Shown: one piece after another, positions 16,041-26,195 of the stretch
Numbering within the stretch: the stretch's first letter is position 1
Layout: the number at the start of each line of letters is the position of its first letter
DNA from: Corallococcus silvisoli
GTDB lineage: Bacteria; Myxococcota; Myxococcia; Myxococcales; Myxococcaceae
DNA length: 64,000 nt
Direction of reading: 5' to 3'
Assembly: GCF_009909145.1 (NCBI RefSeq)
Contig: NZ_JAAAPJ010000005.1
Location: 336,470-400,469, forward strand
The notes under the pieces: generated by a model
What the model saw: only the letters and a program-made list of their open reading frames with translations
The model's database searches: none
Told to the model about the DNA's origin: nothing
Translations under genes and position numbers: made by a program

Positions 16041-17599
16041 TGCGCACTTCCATTCTGTTGCCCCTGGTCAAGGTGACGGTCCTGGAGGACCGGGCCCTCA
16101 TCGAGCGCACCGGCGAGGTGACGCTGCCTCCGGGCCCGTGCCGCCTCGCGGTGGACGGCCTGCCGGCGGTGGCCGTGGACCGCTCGCTTCAAGCGAAGCT
16201 CTCAGGTGGCGTGGTGACCCAGGCCAGCCTGCGCCGCTCGATGCGCGCGGTGCTCCCGGAGGCCCTGCGCGAACACGCCACGGAGCTGGCCCGCCGCGCC
16301 TTCGAGCGCGAGCAGGAGCTGGAGCGCGCGCAGGCGGAGGTCGGTCGCCTGGAGACGCGGCGCGACCTGCTGGAGGCCGCGCGGACCGAGGTCTTCCGCG
16401 CCATCAGCGAGCGCACCGGCGCGGGCGAGGCGGATCCGACGCGCTGGAAGGAACAGCTCGAAACGCTGCGCAAGGAGCAGGCCGCGACGGACGACACGCT
16501 CTGGCAGGCCCGGCGCTCCGCGGCGCGCCTCCAACGCCAGCATGAGCAGGAGACCCGCGAGGTGCTGGCGCGCACGGCTCCCGCCGAGCCCACGGTGGAC
16601 GTGCGCGCGGAGCTGGACGTGAGCCACGCGACGGGCGGGCCGGTGACGTTGACGCTGACGTACCTGGTGCCCTGCGCCGCATGGCGGCCCGCGTATCGCG
16701 CGGCCCTGAGCCTCGCGGACGAGGGCTCGACGGTGGCGTTGGAGTGCGAGGCCGTCGTCTGGCAGAACACGGGCGAGGCCTGGAAGGACGTGACGCTGGC
16801 CTTCTCCACGGCGCGCCCCACGCTGGGTGCCACGCCCCCCAGGCTCGAGGAGGACTGGCTGTCCCTGCGGGACAAGACAGCGCGAGAGAAGCAGGTGGTG
16901 GAGGTCTCCGTCCGCGAGGAGTCCATCCAGACGACCGGCGAGGCCGGGACCTCGAAGGCCGCGGATGCGCTGCCCGGCATGGACGACGGCGGAGCGCCGG
17001 TGACGCTGTCCACGCCCCACAAGGTCACGGTGCCGTCGGACGGCGAGGCGCACCGCGTGGCGCTGTTCGCGTTCACGGCGCCCGCGACGTCGGAGCTGGT
17101 GGCCTGCCCGGAGCAGTCGCCGCTGGTGCACCGGGTGGCGCGGTTCGCCAACACGGGGCCGACGGTGCTGATGGCCGGGCCGGTGGACCTGGTGCGCTCG
17201 AAGGGCTACGTGGGCCGCGCGCAGCTCAAGTTCGCGGGCCGGGGCGAGCGCGTGAAGCTGGGCTTCGGCAGCGAGGACTCGCTGCGCGTGTCACGGCAGG
17301 CGGAGTCGAGCGAGGAGGTCGCGCGCATCACCAGCCGGCGCACGAACACGGAGCGGGTGAAGCTGTTCGTCTCCAACATGGGGGCGATGCCGGCGAACCT
17401 GGTGGTGGAGGAGCGCATGCCGGTGTCCGAGGTGGAGGCCGTGGAGGTGGCGCTGCTCAAGGACGCCACGAAGCCCGCGCCCACGAAGGTGAGCGACGAC
17501 GGCATCGTGCGCTTCGAGTTGAACGTCCCGCCGCGCTCCCGGCAGACGGTGTCCTTCGGCTTCACGGTGGCCCGCTCCGGGAAGGTCTCGGGCCTGTAG
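16037..17599 (+). CDS. DUF4139 family protein (paralog of the upstream gene, without the low-complexity insert)
   Basis: Collinear similarity to 13767..16040 (AAWRPAYRAAL vs ARWVPTYDLRL; shared C-terminal architecture). ATGA start/stop overlap implies translational coupling. Confidence 0.7.
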   Translation: MMRTSILLPLVKVTVLEDRALIERTGEVTLPPGPCRLAVDGLPAVAVDRSLQAKLSGGVVTQASLRRSMRAVLPEALREHATELARRAFEREQELERAQAEVGRLETRRDLLEAARTEVFRAISERTGAGEADPTRWKEQLETLRKEQAATDDTLWQARRSAARLQRQHEQETREVLARTAPAEPTVDVRAELDVSHATGGPVTLTLTYLVPCAAWRPAYRAALSLADEGSTVALECEAVVWQNTGEAWKDVTLAFSTARPTLGATPPRLEEDWLSLRDKTAREKQVVEVSVREESIQTTGEAGTSKAADALPGMDDGGAPVTLSTPHKVTVPSDGEAHRVALFAFTAPATSELVACPEQSPLVHRVARFANTGPTVLMAGPVDLVRSKGYVGRAQLKFAGRGERVKLGFGSEDSLRVSRQAESSEEVARITSRRTNTERVKLFVSNMGAMPANLVVEERMPVSEVEAVEVALLKDATKPAPTKVSDDGIVRFELNVPPRSRQTVSFGFTVARSGKVSGL

Positions 17600-17614
17600 G
17601 AGAGAGTCCACGCC

Positions 17615-18379
17615 ATGCCCTTCGCGACGAAGTCCGGCCGCCGCATCCACTACGAGGTCCAGGGACGTGGGCCTCCCCTGCTCCTCCTGCACGGCCTGCT
17701 CCAGCTGGGCTCGCACTGGGCCCTCAAGGGGTACCTGCCCGCGCTGACGGAGGCGTACACCGTGGTGACCTTCGACTCGCTGGGGCACGGGCGGAGCGAA
17801 GCGCCCCACGACCTGGAGGCCTACAGGCTGCGGCACCGGGTGGAGGACGTGCTGTCGGTGCTCGACACGCTGTCCATCGGCAGGGCCCAGGCGTGGGGCT
17901 ATTCGATGGGCGGTTGGACGCTGTGCGGGCTGGCCGCCGCCGCGCCGGAGCGGCTGACGTCCTACGTGGTGGGCGGTTGGGATCCCGTCGTCGGGCTGCC
18001 CATCGCCTACGCGGCCCTGGCGAAGCAGCTCAAGTCGTCCGAGGAAGTGGATTGGTTCCACGTGCTCCTGATGGGCGCGCGGCGAGCCCCGGAGCTGGCG
18101 GAGGCCATCGACGCGGGCGACCTGGAGGCCCTGCGCCTGTGCCTGAGGGCCTGCGAGGACTCAGCGGGCCAGGATGAAGCGCTGGTCCGCTCCGGGCGAC
18201 CGGGGCTCTTGTACTGCGGGGAGAAGGACCCGTACCACGACGCCATGAAGGGGGTGGCGGAGCGGGCGGGCGCGGCCTTCGCCACCATCGAACACGCGGA
18301 CCATGGTGGAGCCTGGGCGAAGGCCCCCAAGGTGCTGCCGCACGTCCTGCCGTTCCTCGCGTCGACCGCGTCGAAGTGA
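17615..18379 (+). CDS. Alpha/beta-hydrolase fold protein
   Basis: HGLLQ oxyanion region and GYSMGG nucleophile elbow (GxSxG). Late Asp/His region consistent with the catalytic triad. Confidence 0.8.
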   Translation: MPFATKSGRRIHYEVQGRGPPLLLLHGLLQLGSHWALKGYLPALTEAYTVVTFDSLGHGRSEAPHDLEAYRLRHRVEDVLSVLDTLSIGRAQAWGYSMGGWTLCGLAAAAPERLTSYVVGGWDPVVGLPIAYAALAKQLKSSEEVDWFHVLLMGARRAPELAEAIDAGDLEALRLCLRACEDSAGQDEALVRSGRPGLLYCGEKDPYHDAMKGVAERAGAAFATIEHADHGGAWAKAPKVLPHVLPFLASTASK

Positions 18380-18431
18380 CCCCCGGCCTGACCGGGGCGC
18401 GGGTGAGACCGCGCGCCCGCTCCGGCGCGGC

Positions 18432-19607
18432 TCAGCGCAAGGGCGCCACCAGCTGGCGGAGCTGGTTCTTCGCGGCGGACTCCGGGACACGCCGGAAGAG
18501 CGCATCGCGGACAAAGCGAGCGGCCGTGCTCTCCCACTGGGCCATCCGTCCCACCTGGTGTGAGCGCACGACCATCGCGTTGGCGCGCTTCACCCGGATG
18601 GCCTCGTAGGCGCGCAGCGCGTCCTCCACGCTCCCGGGAGCCGTCAGACACTCCGCCAGCACCACGCCGTCCTCGATGGCCTGACATCCCCCCTGCCCCA
18701 GGTTCGGGGTCATCGGGTGCGCGGCGTCTCCCAGGAGCGTCACCCGTCCGCGGCTCCAGTGCGCCAGCGGCGGCCGGTCGTGGATGTCCGTGCGCAGGAC
18801 GCGCTCGGGAGGCGTCGCCGCGAGCAGTCGCGCGATGGGCGCATGCCACCCCGCGAAACGCTCCTGGAGGACCGCGAGCGTCTGGCCCGGAGCATCCTCC
18901 GCCCCCGCGGGGGCGTTGAGCGTGGCGTACCAGTACACCTCGCCGTGACCGATGGGCACGATGCCGAAGCGCGCCCCGGGCCCCCACGTCTCGATCATCT
19001 GGCCCGCCGTGACCCACTCCGCGCCCGGGCAGACGCCACGCCAGCTGGTGTAGCCGGAGTACCGCGTGGGCTCGTCGCCCCGAAGGCCGGAGCGCACGAC
19101 GGAGCGCAGGCCATCCGCGCCCACCAGCACGTCGCCGGAGACGGTGGTGCCGTCGGACAGCGACACCGTGACGTGCCCCTCCGCGTCCTGGAAGCCCGTC
19201 ACCGACACGCCCAGCCGCACGGCGTCCTCGGGGCCCGCATGGGCGCGCAGGACGGCCTGGAGGCGGGCGCGGTGGATGGCGACCATCGGGGCATCCAGCT
19301 CCTGCTGGAGCGAGCGCACGTCGACGCGGCTGATGCGTCGCCCCGCCAAGTCGAGGATGAGGGTCTGCTCGGGCCGCTCGCCTTCCGCCACGACGGCGTC
19401 ACACAGGCCGATCCTGCGCAGGGCGAGCGCCGCGTTCATCTGCACGATGATGCCCGCGCCGACCTGCCGCAGCGCCTCCGCGCGCTCGAACACCGTGGCG
19501 CGAACGCCGGCCCGCTGGAGCGCGCACGCCAGCGTGAGGCCGCCAATGCCCGCGCCCGCGATGAGGACATGGCGGGAGGACGGAGGCGCGACGAGGGGAG
19601 GAGTCAT
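18432..19607 (-). CDS. FAD-dependent aromatic-ring monooxygenase (salicylate hydroxylase/UbiH family)
   Basis: GAGIGG dinucleotide-binding motif near the N-terminus. DG motif (GADGLRSVVR) and GDAAH FAD-binding fingerprint near the C-terminus. Confidence 0.8.
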   Translation of the reverse strand: MTPPLVAPPSSRHVLIAGAGIGGLTLACALQRAGVRATVFERAEALRQVGAGIIVQMNAALALRRIGLCDAVVAEGERPEQTLILDLAGRRISRVDVRSLQQELDAPMVAIHRARLQAVLRAHAGPEDAVRLGVSVTGFQDAEGHVTVSLSDGTTVSGDVLVGADGLRSVVRSGLRGDEPTRYSGYTSWRGVCPGAEWVTAGQMIETWGPGARFGIVPIGHGEVYWYATLNAPAGAEDAPGQTLAVLQERFAGWHAPIARLLAATPPERVLRTDIHDRPPLAHWSRGRVTLLGDAAHPMTPNLGQGGCQAIEDGVVLAECLTAPGSVEDALRAYEAIRVKRANAMVVRSHQVGRMAQWESTAARFVRDALFRRVPESAAKNQLRQLVAPLR

Positions 19608-19639
19608 GGTGGGCCTCGCGGGAAGGCCGGGGCTGGCGC

Positions 19640-20488
19640 TCAACCGAACCAGCGGCCGGAGTCAGGCGCGAAGACTCGCACGCGCTCCAGGAGTGAGGCG
19701 GGGAGGCGGGCCTGGAGGGTCGCATGGACCTGCGCGGGGCTGTAAGCCTGACTGAAGTGCATCAGGACCAGGGCCTCGTTCTGGAAGCGGTCGGCCATGG
19801 CGGCGATCTCCTCCAGGTGGATGTGCGCCCGCTCCTGCGCGTCGCGCACGGTGCGCTCCGAGTCAATGAACGTGCACTCCAGGATGAGCACGCGGCTGTC
19901 GAACAGGGACGGCTGGCGCTCCAATACATTGGAGAGCGTGTCGGTGCAGTAGGCCAGCTCCAGGCGCTCGACTTCATCGAACAGGGGCTCACCGGCCTGC
20001 CTCCGGCGGCCGATCTCCGCTGGAGGCAGCTCGCGGTACTCGGCCTTGAGCTTGGCGACGCGGCGGAGGAACTGGTAGCCCAGCGAGGGCACGGGGTGGT
20101 GCGTGCGAAAGGCGCGCACCCACAGGTCCTGCTGCACCTTCACGGTGTCGCCGGGCCGCAGGGGAACGGTGCGGATGTCCGACTTCATGCGGTGCAGCCG
20201 CCCCAGGGCCGCGAGCGCCTCCTGCACGGGCGCTTCGATCTCCGCCGGAAGGTAGACGAACGGAGGCCCCTTCCCCACGAGCGCGCGGATGCCCAGGAGC
20301 GAGCCCAGGGCGCTGGCGTGGTCCGCGTGGCCATGGCTCAGGAAGATGCGGTCGGTGCCAGCGAAGGACCGGATGGGGATGCCGGCATCCAGCAACACCC
20401 CCAGCTCCGGGACCAGGAGCGACGTGTACACGCCGCCCACGGACACACCGCGCACGGTATAGGGGCCCGCCTGCACTTCGGTCAGCAT
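19640..20488 (-). CDS. MBL-fold metallo-hydrolase (RNase Z/BN-like)
   Basis: HGHADH motif plus later His/Asp ligands characteristic of the metallo-beta-lactamase fold. Confidence 0.8.
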   Translation of the reverse strand: MLTEVQAGPYTVRGVSVGGVYTSLLVPELGVLLDAGIPIRSFAGTDRIFLSHGHADHASALGSLLGIRALVGKGPPFVYLPAEIEAPVQEALAALGRLHRMKSDIRTVPLRPGDTVKVQQDLWVRAFRTHHPVPSLGYQFLRRVAKLKAEYRELPPAEIGRRRQAGEPLFDEVERLELAYCTDTLSNVLERQPSLFDSRVLILECTFIDSERTVRDAQERAHIHLEEIAAMADRFQNEALVLMHFSQAYSPAQVHATLQARLPASLLERVRVFAPDSGRWFG

Positions 20489-20540
20489 GGGGACCAGCTT
20501 ACGCGGACTTTGAACGGGACCGGCGGCCCCAGGACGCGCG

Positions 20541-21608
20541 TCAGTTCTTCGCGCGCTCGTACTGGTGCGGCCACATCACGTCCGCGCGCAGCTCCTTCGC
20601 GGCGCGCAGCGGCCAGTACGGATCCCTCAGGAGCTCCCGGGCCAGGATGACGACGTCCGCCTGCCCGGTGACGAGCACGTGCTCCGCCTGGAACGCGGAG
20701 CGGATCATCCCCACCGCGCCCGTCATCACGCCCGTCTCCTGGCGCACCTTCTCCGCCAGGTGCGTCTGGTAGCCCGGCCCCACCGGGATCTTCGCGGTGG
20801 CCACCACGCCCCCCGACGAGCAGTCGATGAGGTCCACGCCCTCCTTCGCCACCAGCCGCGCCAGCGCCACCGACTCCTCCGGCGTCCAGCCCCCCTCCAC
20901 CCAGTCCGTCGCGGAGATGCGCATGAAGAGCGGCAACGACTCCGGCCACTTCGAGCGCACCGCGCGCGTCACCTCCAGCGCGAAGCGCGTGCGGTTCTCG
21001 AACGACCCGCCGTACCGGTCCGTCCGCGTGTTCGACAGCGGCGACAGGAACTCATGCAGCAGGTAGCCGTGCGCCGCGTGCAGCTCGATGACCTGGAACC
21101 CCGCCGCCTTCGCGCGCACCGCCGCGTCCGCGAACGCCTTCACGACGCGCGCGATGCCCGCCTCATCCAGCGCCGCGGGCACCGGATAGCCCTCCGTGAA
21201 CGACTCCGTCGTGGGCCCGAACGGCGTCCAGCCCCCGTCCTCCGGAGCCACCCGCGCCCCCGCGTCCCAGGGCCGGGGCGTGGACGCCTTGCGCCCCGCG
21301 TGCGCCAGCTGCACGCCCGACGCGGCCCCATTCTGGTGCAGGAAGCGGTTGATGCGCGCCAGCTGCTCCACGTGCGCGTCCTTCCACAACCCCAGGTCCT
21401 GCGGCGAGATGCGCCCCTCCGGCTCCACGGCCGTGGCCTCCGTCAGGATGAGCCCCGCGCCGCCCACCGCGCGGCTGCCCAGGTGCACCACGTGCCACTC
21501 GTTGGCGAAGCCGTCCTCGCTCGAGTACTGGCACATGGGCGAGACCACGACACGGTTTCGCAACGTGATGTCCCGCAGCTTCAACGGGCTGAAGAGCTTG
21601 CTGCTCAT
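20541..21608 (-). CDS. NADH:flavin oxidoreductase of the Old Yellow Enzyme family (YqjM/NemA-like alkene reductase)
   Basis: SPMCQY FMN/substrate motif and HAAHGYL proton-donor region (OYE signatures). Start overlaps the upstream def stop by 4 nt. Confidence 0.85.
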   Translation of the reverse strand: MSSKLFSPLKLRDITLRNRVVVSPMCQYSSEDGFANEWHVVHLGSRAVGGAGLILTEATAVEPEGRISPQDLGLWKDAHVEQLARINRFLHQNGAASGVQLAHAGRKASTPRPWDAGARVAPEDGGWTPFGPTTESFTEGYPVPAALDEAGIARVVKAFADAAVRAKAAGFQVIELHAAHGYLLHEFLSPLSNTRTDRYGGSFENRTRFALEVTRAVRSKWPESLPLFMRISATDWVEGGWTPEESVALARLVAKEGVDLIDCSSGGVVATAKIPVGPGYQTHLAEKVRQETGVMTGAVGMIRSAFQAEHVLVTGQADVVILARELLRDPYWPLRAAKELRADVMWPHQYERAKN

Positions 21609-22231
21609 GACTTGTCCTCCGGGGAAATCGAAACCTGCTGCTCCGCCAGCCCCAGCGCCGCGCGCACCTGGGCCGTGCTCCTGCCCAGCCAGTGCCGCCG
21701 GTGGTTCTCCTGCGTCGTGAGGCTGCGCGTCTCCATGCGGTCCACGTAGAGCGTGCCGTCCAGGTGATCCACCTCATGCTGGAGGATGCGCGCGTACCAG
21801 CCCCGCGCCGACACCGTCACCGGCTTCCCGTGCTCGTCCAGCGCCTCCACCCGCACGCCGCGTGCCCGGGACACCAGCGCCGCGAGCCCGTTCACGCTCA
21901 GACACCCTTCGTGGAACTCCATCGGCGTGGGGTCCTCCACCACCAGCCGCGGGTTGATCAACACGTGGAAGCCCACCGGCGCCCGCTCCCGCGAGGCGAG
22001 GTCCGCGGCCGAGGCTCCGGCCTGGTACTCGGCGCGGTCCTCGATGACGACCAGCCGCACGCCCACCCCCACCTGGGGCGCCGCCAACCCCACGCCGGGG
22101 GCATCCCGCATCGTGTCGCGCATCAGCGCGATGAGCTGGCGCGTGGCCTCGCCGCCAATCTCCTCGGGGGTCAGCTCTCGCGCGCGCTGGCGCAGCACCG
22201 GTTCTCCTGCCTGGACGATTTTCAGCACCAT
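21605..22231 (-). CDS. def: Peptide deformylase
   Basis: The three PDF motifs are present: GVGLAAPQVG, EGCLS and QHEVDHLDG. Confidence 0.85.
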   Translation of the reverse strand: MVLKIVQAGEPVLRQRARELTPEEIGGEATRQLIALMRDTMRDAPGVGLAAPQVGVGVRLVVIEDRAEYQAGASAADLASRERAPVGFHVLINPRLVVEDPTPMEFHEGCLSVNGLAALVSRARGVRVEALDEHGKPVTVSARGWYARILQHEVDHLDGTLYVDRMETRSLTTQENHRRHWLGRSTAQVRAALGLAEQQVSISPEDKS

Positions 22232-22379
22232 GGTGGCCCCCACCGTAACAATCGCTCTCCCGCCGCGCCGCATCCCCGTGAAGCGGGCACGGGCCCGGCC
22301 GCCGGGTTCCCCACGGGGAGGGCAACCCCTGGCGTGGAGGGGTGCCACTGACGGTAGGCTGCGTCGCACCATGGCTCGC

Positions 22380-22868
22380 CGCAAGAAGGCCGAAGAGACC
22401 ACCGCCCGGGTGCGCAACCTGCTCGCCCTCGACGCCGCCGGCATCATGCGGAGGCTCGCCGCGCGCAGGGAGGAGATGTTCCTGCTCTTCTCCCGCCTGC
22501 GCAGCCGAGGGCCGCTGGTGGAGACGGTGGCGTCGCGCTACGCGGAGGGCGCCTTCGCCCAGCTCATCCACCTCCCCGAACAGGAGCAGGCGGTGGTGGA
22601 CCACTTCTACGCGCGCCTGGACGAGCTGCGCTGGTACTTCACCTACACCGAGGACATGCCCGGCACCGCGCACCAGACCTTCATCGCGCTGCACCGCAGG
22701 CTGGAGGAGAGCTACCGCCTGTTCGTGGAGACGCTGGGGCTGCCCGTGCAACCCGACGGCGTGCGCGTGGTGAACGCGGAGGCCGTCCGCCACGAGGAGG
22801 TCGCCGCGGAGCCCACGCCGGTGGCGCTCGCCCCGCTGCCCCGCCGCCGGCGCGCGCCGCCCGCCTGA
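22380..22868 (+). CDS. Hypothetical protein (162 aa, basic N-terminus, Ala/Pro-rich C-terminus)
   Basis: ATG 22380 in a divergent intergenic region. Coding-like codon bias. No recognisable domain. Confidence 0.5.
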   Translation, partial: RKKAEETTARVRNLLALDAAGIMRRLAARREEMFLLFSRLRSRGPLVETVASRYAEGAFAQLIHLPEQEQAVVDHFYARLDELRWYFTYTEDMPGTAHQTFIALHRRLEESYRLFVETLGLPVQPDGVRVVNAEAVRHEEVAAEPTPVALAPLPRRRRAPPA

Positions 22869-22869
22869 C

Positions 22870-24018
22870 TCAGGCCGCGGAGGCCTCCGCCGCGTCCGCC
22901 GCCGACATCTCGGGGGCCGGAGCCTTCACCAGCCGCTTCATGGACGCCTTGCCCACGACGACGTCCACCATCTTCCGCGCGCGCGTCCAGACGCTCTCCT
23001 GCACGTACGGGATGCCGTACTTCTCGCACAGGGCGCGCACGTGTGGCTGCGCCTCGCGGTACTTCAGCATCGGCAGGTCCGGCCAGAGGTGGTGTTCAAT
23101 CTGGTAGTTCAGCCACAGGTGCGCGAAGTCGTTGAGGTCGCCGCCCGTGCGGTAGTTCGCGCTGCCCAGCACCTGCTGCACCATGCGCTCCGACTTGTTC
23201 GCGGGCGCGGAGTCGAAGCGGTACAGGTCCTCGCCGGTGTGGTTGGGCCCCACGACGAAGAACGTGTGCAGGTTGGTGACGACGTCCGCCAGCACGGAGT
23301 TGCACAGCACGCTGAACGCCGCCCACGGGCCCAGCAGCCCGAAGACCGCCGGGTACAGTCCAAAGTAGACCGCCGCGTACGGCAGGTAGCAGCGCGAGAG
23401 GAGCTCCCACACCTCCGCGCGCGTCAGCGCCCCACCCTCGCGGCGCCCCTTGCGCCGCAGCGACCCCAGCGTCTCCGGCGCGTAGTAGCTCGCGCGCCAG
23501 GTGATGGCCAGCAGCGCCAGCTGCACGTAGCGCAGCGGCAGCGGCCGGCCGGTGTCGCGCAGCGTGCCCTCCGCGTTGCGCTCCAGCAGATCCGGATCCG
23601 CGTCCTCGCCCGTGTGCGAGTGGTGCAGCACGTTGTGCTCGAAGACCCACGCCTCCGGCAGCATCCAGTCCAGCCAGTCCACGAACCTGCGGGCCCCCTT
23701 CGCGAAGCCCTTGCTGGTGCGCGACGCGGGCATGCCCGGCACCCGGTCGTAGCCCCGGTGCCCCACGTGGTGCATGAGCAGCCAGCGCGTGGAGCGCCCC
23801 AGCCCCAGCGCCACCGCGCTCAGCGGGTTGGGGGCGATCCACGCCGTGGCCACGCCCAGCGCCGTGGCCACCCGCCCCCAGCGCTCCAGCTTGCGCAGGT
23901 GCGCCGCGTCCGCCTCGCCCAGGTTCGCGTCCAGCCGGGCGCGCAGCGCCTTCAGCTCCTGGTGGAACCCCTCCACGTCCACGGAGGCGAGGTCGAAGTC
24001 GGGGGTACCGCGAGACAT
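22870..24018 (-). CDS. Membrane fatty-acid desaturase family protein
   Basis: Histidine boxes HHVGHRGYD, HNVLHHSH and QIEHHLWP (HxxxH / HxxHH / HxxHH) with intervening hydrophobic stretches. ATG 24018 preferred over the upstream TTG. Confidence 0.8.
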   Translation of the reverse strand: MSRGTPDFDLASVDVEGFHQELKALRARLDANLGEADAAHLRKLERWGRVATALGVATAWIAPNPLSAVALGLGRSTRWLLMHHVGHRGYDRVPGMPASRTSKGFAKGARRFVDWLDWMLPEAWVFEHNVLHHSHTGEDADPDLLERNAEGTLRDTGRPLPLRYVQLALLAITWRASYYAPETLGSLRRKGRREGGALTRAEVWELLSRCYLPYAAVYFGLYPAVFGLLGPWAAFSVLCNSVLADVVTNLHTFFVVGPNHTGEDLYRFDSAPANKSERMVQQVLGSANYRTGGDLNDFAHLWLNYQIEHHLWPDLPMLKYREAQPHVRALCEKYGIPYVQESVWTRARKMVDVVVGKASMKRLVKAPAPEMSAADAAEASAA

Positions 24019-24115
24019 GGAGGAACTCCTCGGGAGCGGGACGGAAACCAAGGCACGGCCAAGGCGGGCCGCACGGTAGCCTCCGCCCGCGCTCGCGAAA
24101 AGCCTCCCGGCCCGC

Positions 24116-24592
24116 TCACCCGCCCGCCGGGCGACGGGGCAGCACCAGCTTCGCGGTGAGCACCTGCAGCACCTCTCCCTTCTGGTTGCGGGTCTCGCTG
24201 CGCACGACGGCGATGCCCCGGTCCGGCCGCGTGCGCGAGGGAATGAGCTCCAGCACCTCGCTCTCCACGTGCAGCACGTCCCCCGGACGCGTGGGCTTCG
24301 GCCAGCGCAGCTCCCCGCCCGCCCCCACGATGCCCCCCTTGAACGGCAGCCCGCTCTGGACGTTGAGCTTCATGGTGAGCGCCGCCGTGTGCCAGCCGCT
24401 CGCCGCAAGTCCCTCGAACAGCGTGTCCCGGGCCGCGTCATCGTCCAGGTGGAACCCCTGCGGATCGAACTCCCGCGCGAAGGCGACGATCTGCGCCGCG
24501 TCCAGCGCGTGCGTGCCGCTGATGAACTTCTGGCCCACCTGGAGGTCGTCCAGGCAGAACTCCTTGCGCCCACCCTCTTGCGACGAAGCCAT
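24116..24592 (-). CDS. MaoC-like (R)-specific enoyl-CoA hydratase/dehydratase, hot-dog fold
   Basis: 158-aa hot-dog-fold protein with the MaoC signature region (FAREFDPQGFHLDDDAA....GIVGAG). The longer 351-aa ORF upstream looks like a non-coding GC-rich extension. Confidence 0.75.
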   Translation of the reverse strand: MASSQEGGRKEFCLDDLQVGQKFISGTHALDAAQIVAFAREFDPQGFHLDDDAARDTLFEGLAASGWHTAALTMKLNVQSGLPFKGGIVGAGGELRWPKPTRPGDVLHVESEVLELIPSRTRPDRGIAVVRSETRNQKGEVLQVLTAKLVLPRRPAGG

Positions 24593-24791
24593 GTCCACGT
24601 CCTTCCCAAATGGATGCATATCCAGATGATGAGGATAATGCATTCTTTGGGGACCGCGCCGCACCACCCGTGCGTGCCACCGCGTCCTCCGCGCCGAGCC
24701 GAGGGCGCGGGGTGCCGCCGAACGTCGAGCATCGCGCGTCCTCCCGGTGCGGGAGGAGCCGGGGCCCCGGAGCCTGGGGTATGAGCACGGG

Positions 24792-26189
24792 GTGCTCGTG
24801 TCCTCGCGCGTCCGCTCCCTGCTGTCCCTCCTCACCGTGGCCATGACGGGAGGGGGCGCGTCCGTGGCCTGGGCCGAGGAGGAGCCCGGGGCCGCCTCCG
24901 GCCCGCCGGAGGTCGCGGAGGTGCGGGTGGAGGGCGTGGACAAGACGAGGCCCTCGACGGTGCGTTCGTACGCGCGGCTGGACGTGGGTGACACCGTCGA
25001 CGAAGAGCTGCTGCGCAAGGTGGAGCGGCGCCTGCTGGCCACGGGCCTGTTCCAGGAGGCCCACGCGAGCACGGAGCCCCTGCCCGACGGCCGCGTGCGG
25101 CTGGTGCTGAAGGTGACGGACAAGGCGTCGTGGGTGGTGGCCCCGACGGTGGCCTTGTCCTCCGCCAACACCGGCGGCGGCCTGCTCTACGCGGAGAACA
25201 ACCTGGCCGGCCGCGCGAAGAAGTTCGCCGTCGCCGGGCAGGTCAGCACCGCCGAGAGCGGCCTGTACGTGGGCTTCCTGGACCCGCTCCTCTTCGGCCT
25301 GCCCCAACTGAAGTTCAGCCTGGAGGGCCAGCTGCGCAGCGACCGCGTGGACGAGTACCTTCCAGGGGCGAGCCAGGCGGATCCGGAGATCCTCCGGCGC
25401 ACGCGGCTCAACTCCGCGGCCCTGGGCGCGGAGCTGGGCTTCATCCTCTTCGAGCGGGTGCGCGCGGCGGCGAAGTACCGCGTGTCCAGCATCGACGCGC
25501 AGTCGCCGGACCCGAAGAAGCCGGTCACAGCGCAGGCGTTCTCCACCGGCCCCGCCCTGCGCGACACGTCGCTGCGCTTCATGGTGGGCCTGGACTCGCG
25601 CCAGACGCTGCACGCGGTGACGGAGGGCCTCAACCTGGAGGGCTCCTACGAGGTGTCCGTCCCGGGCGTGTGGAGCGAGTTCCGCTACCGCAAGTTCAGC
25701 GTCCTCTACCGCCAGGGCCTGCGCTTCTTCAGCGAGCACAACCTGGTGCTGCGCGGCGAGCTGAACGTGGGAAAGGACCTGCCCTTCCACCAGGAGCTGG
25801 TGATGGGCGGCACCACCCTGCGGGGCTTCCAGTACCGCCAGTTCCGCGGCGACACCCGGCTCACCCTCAGCGCCGAGTACCACTTCCCGCTCTTCTCCGT
25901 GAAGTCGCTGGCCTTCCGCGGCGTGGGCTTCTCCGACACGGGCGCCATCGCGTGGAGGGACCTGCCCGCGGATGGAACGCTGACCGACACCACCGGTCGC
26001 GTCATCCGCCGTTACCTGCCGGAGTCCAGGTCCGGCCTGGACCACGCCACCGTGGCCCAGGGCGTGGGCGCGGGCCTGCGGCTGTACTTGAGCAACGTCG
26101 TCCTGCCCCTGCTGGGCGTGGACGTCGCGTACGGCGTCAACTCCGGCCAGGTGCGCGTCTACCTCGTGGCCGGAGTCACGCCCTCCTGA
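24792..26189 (+). CDS. Omp85-family outer-membrane beta-barrel protein with N-terminal POTRA (TamA/TpsB/BamA-like)
   Basis: Signal peptide (VRSLLSLLTVAMTGGGASVAWA). POTRA-like segment (VRVEGVDKTRPSTVRSYARLDVGDTVD). C-terminal surface-antigen D15 barrel with alternating aromatic beta-strands ending in ...VRVYLVAGVTPS. Start (GTG 24792) is uncertain. Confidence 0.7.
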   Translation: MLVSSRVRSLLSLLTVAMTGGGASVAWAEEEPGAASGPPEVAEVRVEGVDKTRPSTVRSYARLDVGDTVDEELLRKVERRLLATGLFQEAHASTEPLPDGRVRLVLKVTDKASWVVAPTVALSSANTGGGLLYAENNLAGRAKKFAVAGQVSTAESGLYVGFLDPLLFGLPQLKFSLEGQLRSDRVDEYLPGASQADPEILRRTRLNSAALGAELGFILFERVRAAAKYRVSSIDAQSPDPKKPVTAQAFSTGPALRDTSLRFMVGLDSRQTLHAVTEGLNLEGSYEVSVPGVWSEFRYRKFSVLYRQGLRFFSEHNLVLRGELNVGKDLPFHQELVMGGTTLRGFQYRQFRGDTRLTLSAEYHFPLFSVKSLAFRGVGFSDTGAIAWRDLPADGTLTDTTGRVIRRYLPESRSGLDHATVAQGVGAGLRLYLSNVVLPLLGVDVAYGVNSGQVRVYLVAGVTPS

Positions 26190-26195
26190 GCGCCC

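Noticed and set aside
18380-18431. GC-rich imperfect hairpins between the convergent alpha/beta-hydrolase and monooxygenase genes
   Set aside because: Plausible bidirectional terminator, but the stems are imperfect and there is no U-tract. Too weak to list as a feature.
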